A program made the position numbers and the translations under genes. The notes under the pieces are model-generated. The model had not been told where the DNA came from. It saw only the letters and a list, made by a program, of their open reading frames with translations, and made no database searches. From contig LSRY02000058.1 in the NCBI GenBank assembly GCA_001643675.2, forward strand, positions 310,001 through 374,000: 64,000 nucleotides of DNA, written 5' to 3'. Each line of letters opens with the position of its first letter. Position 1 is the stretch's first letter. The stretch comes from Monocercomonoides exilis PA203. Its lineage: Eukaryota > Protista > Preaxostyla. This document shows, one piece after another, positions 23,285-33,556 of the stretch.

Positions 23285-23405
23285 ATATATATAATGGGTA
23301 ATGATCATTAATTGATTTTTTTTATTTATTAATTCTCTTCAAAGAATTTTCAATTAATATTTAAATTTTTGAATGAATTAAAAATATTTTCAAACCTTTG
23401 TGCAG

Positions 23406-23472
23406 TCCAATTTCTCATGAAAGCTCAATAAAAGGACTTGAACCACCACATTTCCCCCCATGAGAAATTGGA
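23406..23472. repeat. Perfect 14-bp inverted repeat with 39-nt spacer, inside the transposon upstream of the transposase
   Basis: TCCAATTTCTCATG (23406-23419) / CATGAGAAATTGGA (23459-23472). Confidence 0.85.
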
Positions 23473-24384
23473 TTTCTTTCAAAATTCAAATATAAGAATA
23501 CTTCACATTTGTATATGTTCCAAAAATATATTTTAAAATATCATTTGTGGGTCAGATTAATTTTTATTTAAAGAAAAAGTGCCAATAAAAAGATGACCCT
23601 ATGAAAATGAAATTTTTAATTTCTTCTGTCGAAAAAAGAAAAGACCAACGTTTTTTCTAAACAATGTCCATCATCCTATTTCAAATGAAAATAACATTAT
23701 TAACTTTTATCATTCGTTTATGTTAAATATTCCATCAAATATGTCATTCTTTTTGAAAAGTCACAAATGCATAATTTTCAGGTTCATTGAAATTATTCTT
23801 TTTTTTTTCCAACTGATCTGTAAAATGTTTCCGTTAAAAAGAAATAGTGACAATTATAATAATTTCCATAAGAAATAGTTTGCACACAGGTCGAATAAGA
23901 CAGATCAATTGCATGAATTTATGAAAATATTTCAAGTTTATATGAAACACAAAAAAAAAACATTAGCGTCTTTTCAAAAAGATAAACACAAATATTTCAA
24001 CAGAAATTGTTATCTTTTTTTTTGATGATGGATAATTCAAAACATATGTGATTATTTTTTTAATCAAAACTTTTATCGGAGTGTTGATTTTTCCAAGGTT
24101 GTTTGTTATTGTGAAAAGATTTTGTATTTCAATAAAAAAGAAATCCAAACTGTTTTTTTAAAAAAAAAAAGAAAAACAAAAATAAAAATGAAGACATCTT
24201 TTATAAACTTTTTCACTTTTCGGTATTATTTTAATGATGTTCAAGCGTTTTTTTTTTGTACAGAAAATTTTAATTGAAAAATTTTTATAAAAAAATTTTT
24301 TGTGCGCATAATGTTTTAATTCAATAAAAAACAAACAATTATTTTTGAACACTTATAGAACGAATTAGCAAATAAATGTTTAAA

Positions 24385-24810
24385 TGAATATGGGTGATTC
24401 TTTTTGAAAAGTTCAAATGTTTTTTTTTCGAATAAAATAAAAATTTCACAGTTCGATCAAATTTTGGTTCTCAAACACGAAATTTCAAAAAAATGTAACA
24501 AAATCTTGGCAATGTTATTACTTCCATTTTTGTGAAGTTTCGTGAATGAGAACAGAAATGTGATCGAAATATGAAAATTTTATTTTATTTGTAAATTAAA
24601 CAAAAGTGGCTGGGTGATTATTTTTGAAATCATAAATTTTCACACAAAAATTCTGGTGTAAATATGTTTCATTAATATCAATAAAAAAAATTGAAAAGTG
24701 AATAGGCTTTTTTAAGACATTTTCATTTTTTATTATGAAAAAAGTCATAAGTTTAAAAACAATCACCCAGCTTCACAAGAAAATTTTACATATAAAACAT
24801 TTTCAAGGTT
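24385..24810. repeat. Degenerate inverted/direct repeats built on a TGGGTGATT.TTTTT core
   Basis: TGGGTGATTCTTTTTGAAA (~24391), GCTGGGTGATTATTTTTGAAA (~24609) and inverted TTTAAAAACAATCACCCAGC (~24752-24771). Arms ~24570-24645 and ~24738-24810 align loosely as an inverted pair. Confidence 0.55.
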
Positions 24811-26170
24811 CAAAGAGAGAAAAGGATCAATGGATATCATTCAAAATCATCGAAAATTACTTTAGAAATCAAAATAAAACATCCGTAATGAACAAATATT
24901 TTTTAAAATATGTGCAATTCTTTGACCATAGACATACAAAATATTTTTTCTGACGGACAAAGAGACAATTTTCGCAACAGAACCTCAATAATGAATATAA
25001 TAATTTCTAATGCAAATGTTATAAAATTTAAATTCAAATAATGGAAGAAAAAAAAAATTCATTTTTCATTAAAAATGCAGACTAAAAAAATCAAATTTGG
25101 ATTTTTGATCATCAGATTGTCAGTGAAGTCAGTGACTGTCAATAGAGTCAGTATCTGGCAGGATTGTTATTTCAATTTTATTTTTGAAACAAAGTGCAGT
25201 TTGAAGAATAAATAAAAACAAACAAAATGATTCAAATTGATTTATCTTACGAAACACCTTATAATTTGTGAAAATAAATGATTTTAATAGTCTGCAAACA
25301 CTGGAGAAAACTTTCAATTTCTGACGGACGTGACAAAAGTTGTTTTATCTGTGATACATGTTTTATCAGATTCAATTAAAAAAAGAAAAAAAGAAAAAAA
25401 GTATCATTACACAAGTCAATTTTTTCAATCAACACTCATTGCTTAATTTTCTCTCGTTACAAAGGACAAAAATTCACACTTTGCTAAAAAATGACAAGCA
25501 TTTGCTTTATATTGAAAATCGTTTTAAAAAATTGATATTTCATTTTTATTTTGTACAGAAAAAGAAAAAAAAAGGAAAACCTATTTTGATGAGAAAATAC
25601 TTTTAATTTTTTTTTTTTTTACAGAATGTTAATGAACAGAAATTTATCTAAACTTTATGAAAATATTTCATCATTTTCTTGGAGAAAAAAAAAAAGATTA
25701 AATTTTGTTCAAAGAAATTAGTTTTTAAAAGTCAATATTATTTGCGGCAAAATATTGATGATAATGAAAAAAAACGAGATTTGTTCCATTCATTTTCTGC
25801 AATCATGTCATTATAAGACTTCCATTGCTATGCATTAAAATACAGAAAAATGCTGCAATTGAGAAAAATGATTGAAAACATTGTGCGGAACAAAAATCAC
25901 AAAGAAAAAAATTAGTCCCATTTTTAAATGTCCGTTGTGCATATTATGGTTGGTCCGATCAAAAATAAGCTATTGATTTGCTAAATACTGGTGTGTGGCA
26001 AACAATTACAGATATTCCTCTCTTTCATTTTTGCTTCTTATTTATATAAAGCATTGAATTTTAAATTGAAGTTGTAAAATATCAATTTTGTGAGTAAACA
26101 AAGATGTCTGTATTTTTCGATTATCTTATAAGAAAAATTGGTATTGTTTTTCAAATACCCAGAACACATA

Positions 26171-27659
26171 ATGGACGAAGTGAGTGTAGTCAATAATGTT
26201 GGGGAAAAAGAGGAGGAAGAAGAAATAATTGAAGAGGAGGAAGAAGAAGAATACAAGACAGAGCTTACAGAAAAGTTCACAAGTTTGAGAATTTTTTTCT
26301 TGATTGGACTTTCAACTTTGATTAATTTTGTTTATTTTTTGGAGAATTGTTTGATGAACTGGAAGATTGTGATGGGAATGAGCAGAGACAGAATATTGAG
26401 GAAATGAACGGACTAATGGACAAGATGGACGAAGAGGAACTCAGATCTGTATTCACAATTGAAAATTTCGACAAAATCGACAAAATGGTTGAAGAAAAGA
26501 AAATGCGAATGGAAAATGCTATTTTGCTGATGAAACGTATTGGGTGTTGGATAGAGTTGAAAGGCTTATGGCGTTATCCTTTTGAAAATTCTCTGTTGAG
26601 CAAAAGAATAGAGAAGATGATGATCGTTGACACAGAGAATAAAAGAGAAGAAAAGGATGAAAAGCTTCTTACTGATGTTTGCGAATGCTATTCAATGATA
26701 CTCGATGATATGATTCCTGGAAATTTGCTTGTAATTTGTTTGCCTTTTCTTCTGAAAGCTGCTTCAAACAAAGAGGAAAACGAAGAAGCAAAGGAAGAAG
26801 TGGAAATGGCATTATTAGCTTTGAATAGCATTGGGAGATATGAAGTATGAAAAATTTTTGAACATATCGTTTTATTTTTTGACTTTTATTTTATTATTTA
26901 TTATTATTATTTTTATTATATAAGAAAGTGTCAGAGGAAGTTTATGTTATGGAGTTTAAAGAAATAATCAAGTATCACCAAGAACACCACAATCTGACGC
27001 GGCTTGCTTATCAGTCTGCTTGGGAGTGTTTATTAAACAGATTTCAAAAAGATAAAAGTTTGGAAGAAGTTATTGTGAATGAACTGCATTTTGCGAGAGA
27101 GGCAATAAAGGAACTGGATGGGTTGACAAGAAATGTGAATTGGAAAAAGAAAAAAGAAGGAGAGGAAAAAGGAAAGGAAACGAAAGCACACACTATTATC
27201 AGGATATGGATCGATATAATTATTGAAATCTTCTCCCAATGCAAATTGCGGAATGAAGAATTTGTTGGGCTCATCAACAGTATTGTAGGGTTATATCGAG
27301 CAGCAAAGGATAGTCATAGAGAAATTTGCAGAAGATGCATTTATTCCCTGAGAATTGCAGCAAGAAGCGAGCATGTGAAAAATGATGACTTATTGGAAGG
27401 AGGTGCAATTGACACTTTTTTTGAAGAACTTTATCAGCCAACATTAGAAGATGGAAATGTGTGTAATTGCTTGGATACTGTTTATGCAATTTCAGGAAGA
27501 TTGGAAGGAAAGACGGATGATGAAATGGAAGAAGCGAAAAGAAAAGAGATGAACAGAAAGGTATTTGAAAAGATGGAAGAAGAAGGATATGAAGATACCA
27601 TCACTAGCTTTCATGAAATGCTCACGTTTTTGGAGTTAAAATTTGAATGTTCAATATAA
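26171..27659 (+). CDS. Uncharacterised helical-repeat-like family protein, copy 2 (~448 aa, acidic N-terminus, slightly C-terminally truncated)
   Basis: Exons 26171-26282, 26345-26844, 26925-27659 (introns 62 and 80 nt). Motifs CLPFLLKAASNKEENEEAKEEVEMALLAL, EIIKYHQEHHNLTRLAYQSAW, VNELHFAREA, KMEEEGYED. Confidence 0.85.
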
Positions 27660-27999
27660 GGAAATTCAACTGATTATTTTGTAAATGTTAAAATGAGATG
27701 CTTAGAATTTTGCAAACTTAAAATATTTGTTTATTTTTCATTCAGTATCATATCACATTCGACAAACGTAAAGTTTGTTTTCATCTTTTTCTTTAACATT
27801 TCTTTGAATTCTGTAAAGTGAAAAAATATGAAACATCAACATTCGATTCCTTCTTTTCTTTGGGGGAAAAAATTATCACCGAATATCCATCTTCTCGCAA
27901 GTTTCAAGAATTAATGATATTTTCTTTCTTGTTATTTGTGTTCAGTCTCCTCTTCATTAATTATTTTTGAAACGCAAATGTTTTTACTGAACAGATGTA

Positions 28000-28720
28000 G
28001 AGAAATGAAAAGAAAGAAAAAAAAATTGAGAATTGACGAGATGAACACGAGGAAAAAGAAGATAACTTTTGATTATTTGTGAACCAATTCTTGATCCTCA
28101 ATCATTATCTTCATTCTTTCTCAAATCTCCTCTTCCTCCCCTGATTGGATGTGTTTTTCATTCCATCTTTCTCGTTCATTGAATTAACTTTCCTTTTCAG
28201 TTTCCAATTTCTCTTTCCAAATCATCAAGAAACATTCACAGTCAATTGCAAATGAGCGAAAAGAAAAGAATTCTTGAATCTTGAAGTTGGAGTGGATGCT
28301 AATTCTTGACTTGCAATTGGCAGATCTACAGGCAATGCAGAAGCAGATATCTCACCATCAGATGTGTTGTTTTCTTTCCAGGCTTCCTCTTCGGAGCTTT
28401 TCATCTGCTTTGCATTTTGGCTTAGTCATGTGAGCTGAAAGCTGATCTTTCCGACTCTCAGAAGAAGTCTCATTCCAAATGTGTGAAACAAGAATGGCTG
28501 GTTCATTTTGAGAAGGAAGAGGTGATGAGAGTGAAACTGTGGAAGAAAAAGAAGAAGGACCGATTGATTAAATGAAAACTGATGTTGTGCAAGTGAATGA
28601 TTGTTTGAGAGAGATGGAAGCAGAAGCAGAAGGCGATAATGAGAAGACTGACAGAAATGAATAGAGAATCTACAATTTGTGTTGAATATTCTTATTGCCC
28701 AGCTCAAAAAGCTGCTTTAA
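28000..28720 (-). pseudogene. Possible decayed fragment of a Ser-rich protein gene
   Basis: GC is higher than the flanking intergenic DNA. The minus strand reads SIGPSSFSSTVSLSSPLPSQNEPAILVSHIWNETSSESRKDQLSAHMTKPKCKADEKL between stops, in the codon style of the local genes. No recognisable domain. Confidence 0.3.
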
Positions 28721-28874
28721 AATGAAATCTCTTTTCGTCTCTTCTTATCACATTTTCTTTCCTTTGTTCATTTGCTGCAATCTGCATTTTCTTATTCTCT
28801 ATTTCCATTTCATTCCATTCTTCTTCTTTTCCGAAACTTAAATAAAACGAACAGAATCGAAAAGAATATTCTTT

Positions 28875-30322
28875 TTATGTACGCACAAAAAAATCTTCAT
28901 ATGTTGTAACCAAATTATCATCTCCAAACATCTCATTAACATTGGACAGCTGAAATTTGAGAATGTAATCTTCGTATCCTTCTTCTTCCATCTTTTCAAA
29001 CATTTTCCTTTTCAATTTTTTTCTTTTCATTTCTTCCATTTCATCATCCATCTCTCTTTTCAATCTTTTTGTAATCTTTAAAAAGAACACCAAACAATTC
29101 ATCGTGATTTCGTCACATAAAGTCACTCGGTGTTGTTCTTCAAATACAACGTCAATAGCTCCACTTTTCTCCATAGTATCAACGCTTGCAATCGAGAGAA
29201 ATGCCACTTCTCCAAAATGAGAAATGCACAACTTGATAATCTCTCGTTCATTCTCCCTTGCTGCTCTGCATATCCTCACAAGGCAATTAATCAGTCCAAC
29301 ATGTTCTTCATTCCAAAATCGGAAATAACCAAAAAAATAAACTGTTATGAGAATCCATCTCAATATCATATTCACTTCATTTACAACTTTCGGTTCTTTC
29401 TTTGTTTCCATCCAATCCACGCTTTTTATTAGCTCGTACAATTCTCTTGTTGCTTCCCTCGCAAAGTGTAATTCATCCACAACAACTTTTTTCAAGCTTC
29501 GATGGATAAATGATCTTTTCATCAAAAACTGCCAAGCCAATTGATATGACAGATAAGTTAGGTTATGATGGTCCTGGTGATATTTGATAATCTCAGCGAT
29601 CTCATTGAAATAAAATTCTTTTTTAATATTCTATTTCAGAATTATATATGAGATTCATTAGAAAAATAAAATTCGAAAAAAGAATGTCATACTTCATATC
29701 TATCAATATTGCTCAAAGCTAGCAAAGCCATTTCCACTTCTTCCTTTGTTTTTTCGTTTTCCTCATTGTTTGAAGCAACAATCAGAAGACAACGCACACA
29801 AATCGGAAGTGATTCCGATAATGTGTTTTCAAAAAGAAAAAGACAACATTCGCAAAGAGCAACAAGAAGCCTTTCATCCTTATCTTCTATCTTCTTATCT
29901 TCAATGTTAATCATCTCTTTAACTCTTTTGCTTAATGAAGACTTTTCAAAAGGATGACTCCATATATTTTTTAACACTTTACAATACCCAATATGTTTCA
30001 TCAACATCAGAGCATTTTCCATTCGCATTTTCTTTTCTTCTATCATTTTATCGATTTTGTCCAACAGTTCTTTTGTGAAAACGGATTGGAAATCTTCTCT
30101 GTGCATCTCTTCCATAATTTCTCTCATTTCTTCGAATTTCTGTTTCTGTTCAATTTCGGAGCAATGGCCCAGTTCGTTGAACAAAACTTCAAAAACAACA
30201 GAAAATAAAAGGAGAAGCAGAAATCATAAATTCAAAAATATCAATGTTTGCAAACCATTGAACTTTTCGGTGATATTCATCTTCTGTATTTTTTGTATTG
30301 CGTCATCCTGAAGACACATCAT
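28875..30322 (-). CDS. Uncharacterised helical-repeat-like family protein, copy 3 (~438 aa)
   Basis: Exons 30322-30256, 30186-29693, 29630-28875 (introns 69 and 62 nt). Motifs CVRCLLIVASNNEENEKTKEEVEMALLALSNI, EIIKYHQDHHNLTYLSYQLAW, VDELHFAREA, KMEEEGYED. Confidence 0.85.
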
Positions 30323-30939
30323 TTTCTTCAAGCACACAGATACAAAACAAAACAGTTCGGAAAAATTGAAAAATAAAAAGGGTGCACAGTCATAAAAATT
30401 TCAGCATTCAAACTTATCTTAAAAGTGTTAAAATTTTTTGCGAGTAATTGAGAAGAAGAACAATGATTCAACAATTTGGATTTGTTGTTATGGCTGTCTT
30501 GATCGTTATCACTTTTTGTTTTTCAAAACGAAATTGTCCATCCTCAAAATAAGAGAATATCAAATATAATCCATCTATGAATGATGCGATTTATTTCCAG
30601 TGATGGCCGGAGGCAATCACAAGAAATCGTCAAATTTGGTTTTCATTTTCTTGTTTTTTCATATGAAATGCCTTTGAATGAATAACAATTTTCAACCGTT
30701 TCTGTTGTTTATTGCCATGTTCAAAATGATATGAGTCTCCCGATTAATGTGAAGATCTTTCCATTTGGTGCCTTTTGAAAAGCAAAATGTCTGATTTTCA
30801 TTCTAAAAGGTGATTAATTTGCTTTGTGAAGCTGGATATGGAAGAAAATGAGCTTTGAATCGAATAATAAACTGAAAACAAAGGAATGCGTGGATTAAAC
30901 GTAGTTTCATTCAACTTTTGCTGTGATTGAGATGAAAAC

Positions 30940-31665
30940 AAGTTCAGCAAGAATTAACAACTGTGTTTAGAGGAGCAAAAACAAGTTGTTTTTCAATTCG
31001 GAATTCTTGAAAAAGAAGAGAAACACATTGGAGTGTTTTCAACAAAGAAAGCTGTTGTCCAATTAGAAAGCAGGAAAATGACAATAAATGAGTGAAGGAA
31101 ATGAATTGGATGATCGAAGTTTTTCTCAAAAGAATATTTTGTGCATTGCGATTATGAAGGCAATCGAGCCTTTGATAGAACGATCCAAACGAAGAAAAGT
31201 TGTCTCTCGTTGTGTTGCTGAGCTTTGCTCCACATTGATTTGCATTTTCTGCTTTGTTGCGCTCTTTTGGGAAAAAAAATTGAGTTTATCATGATTTGCT
31301 TTGTTTGCAACATGTTTTCAGCCTTTCCATAATTTGTCACAAGGGCAATTCAAAATGTTGCTGTTCCACAACAACTTCTTCAGTTCCATGTTCAACATTT
31401 GGCCTGAAAAAATATCATTCGATTTCAGCTCATCATCATCTTCTTCTTCTGTTTCTGTTTCTGTTTCTGCATCCGCTGGATTCTGTGCATCTTTCTCAAT
31501 AGCGGCTCGTCTTTATATCCTTCAAACTTGCTTCCCTTGCAATCAAATTCTCTTTCCTCAGCCACCTGCAGACATTCACTCACAACTGTCATGAATAATA
31601 TTCAATTTTCCTTGTCTCAAGAAAACGAACTGCCATTTGCTTCGCTTTGCCTTCTGCTGTTCACT

Positions 31666-31707
<42 letters not shown>

Positions 31708-32425
31708 TTTTGGAGATTGATCTTTTCTTGATGCGGCAAACAGCAGCAGATGGGAATGAATTGTGGAGGTCTCTGCTTTGCAACATTGGCGATTCCTTTG
31801 TCTGTTCTGTTTCTGGAGCTGTGGGCATGCTGTAAGATGAGCATTTGCAAAAAGAAGTCTCTGCTGCTTTGTGTGTTCTGTTTGTGACTGACGCGAGCAT
31901 GCTGTTCTGTGTGGTGGCCCTTCTGATGTTCCGAATGACCGTTCAGTCAGCACCAGCAGCGCAGGATGTGTGGATGATGTGGATATGGTTCAAGTTATTG
32001 AGAGACGCAGGCACATTTGAAGGTGTCGATGAGAAGAGGAAAGAGAGAGGACGAAAGCACCAGAGTGCACTGATTCAAGATTTGTGGGAGAGAAAGTGGA
32101 AAAGCACTTGCTTGAAAGCAGAATCAACAACGAAGAGAAACTGATGGCCAAACACAACCCAAGAGAGGAAGCTGCGATGGAAGAAAATGAAAAAATGGGA
32201 AGCTCCATCATCTGGAAAATCAACACTTCTTAAACATATGAAACGCTGTCTTTCCCGAGAAAATGGGATGAATGTCATCGCAAAGAAGATCGGAGCGAGT
32301 GAATATCAATGGGCCAATCAGAATAGTTTCACGCCTCTCCAAAGCCTCAGTTGCCCTCATTCGCTGGGAAAACAGCATCATATAAGCTTTTATCTTCCTT
32401 TTCAAAAAAATCCCTTCTCGTGAAA
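30940..32425. pseudogene. Mosaic of decayed coding-like fragments around a (GT)n microsatellite
   Basis: Raised GC. Minus-strand fragment AAIEKDAQNPADAETETETEEEDDDELKSNDIFSGQMLNMELKKLLW (~31330-31510). Plus-strand Walker-A-like EAPSSGKSTLLKHMK (~32199-32243). All frames are interrupted. Confidence 0.3.
31668..31704. repeat. (GT)~18 microsatellite
   Basis: Direct reading. Confidence 0.97.
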
Positions 32426-33556
32426 CACAAATGAAAGGATCAAATGAAAAAGTTGCTTTTGAGATTCTTGCTTTGTTGCAATTTTTGTTTTGAAGCAACC
32501 GTTTCGATTCATTTTCTTTGAATGAATGATTTGTTATAATTTTAGTTAATGAAACATACAAAAAGTGGAAGGAAAATTATTTCGGAATAAAAACGAAATA
32601 TTATTCGTCGATACAAAAATATGTCTCTTTTTCTTCTTACTCAAACAGCAGAAAATATGTTTTTTTTTTTTTTCTTACTGATATGTATTCCGAAATGCGA
32701 AAACTACAAACTCAGGAAGAAAAAAATATCTGGAACATGGTGCAATTTTTCCAAAAAGAAAGACACAAAAAGAATTTTAAAGAACAAGAACATTTTTGAA
32801 ATTCATCTAGGATTGAACCTAATAAGAAATAGAAAAGAAGGTGAATCAACATTGACCTGTTTGACTGAGCTGCTGATTGAACGGTGGCTTTCATTCAGCT
32901 TTTTGGATTTGATGATAACTGAAATGATTTGAAGTGAGACAAATGACGAATGAATGCTAGGCTTTGAAAAATAGAAAATATTGAGTCATTTTGAACATAT
33001 CATTGTTCAGTTCCATCAATGATTGAATCCGTTGATAAAAAAGTTTTTAATCCTTCATCATTTTCCTATTTCGTTGGAATTTCTTGTTTTCTTTTTCCTT
33101 CAAATTCCGTGAAGTCTTCTTTTGCTTTTCATCTTCATCTCCATGTGAAATAATTGGTTTTTTTAATCTCTCTTTGCCTGAATATTTTATTTGGTCAATG
33201 TTCGTTCTGTTCTTCTCTCAATCACCTCATTTCACAACAATCATTCTTCTCTTCTCTTCAAAAGGCTATTCATCTCATAATCATTTCTTCACACTCTTTC
33301 AAATATATTTCTGCACAAGACATCTCCGGTGAAGATAAAAAATAAAACAAGATCACCTCTTCTCCCATATCGAAATCATCTGAATTCTTTCTTTCATTGA
33401 TTTTGACATATCTCCACAGGTTTTTCTCATTAATAACTAATCGGTACATTTCCAATAAAACATTGTTTGAATATAAAATATTTTTTTTTATTTTTTTACG
33501 CAAACGCAATTCTCGAACAATTTTTTGTTTTTATTTTGAAATGATAGTTTCGAGAG

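Larger units (their letters stand above)
21614..23599 (-). mobile_element. Decayed pogo/Tc5/Tigger-type (IS630-Tc1-mariner superfamily, DDE_1) DNA transposon, ~1,986 bp
   Basis: Left TIR GAGTCATCTTTTTATAAGCACTTTTTTCTTTA (21614-21645); reverse complement of right TIR GGGTCATCTTTTTATTGGCACTTTTTCTTTA (23569-23599). TA lies immediately right of the element; the left flank is AA. Encloses a transposase pseudogene. Confidence 0.85.

Noticed and set aside
27657-27659. TAA read as Gln (alternative code, as in some oxymonads and hexamitids)
   Set aside because: TAA and TAG terminate the PUF, dynein-like and glycerol kinase genes at sensible positions, and no in-frame TAR occurs in more than 11,000 codons of long ORFs.
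31528-31953. ORFs with (CV)n or (HT)n repeats
   Set aside because: Translations of the (GT)n microsatellite.
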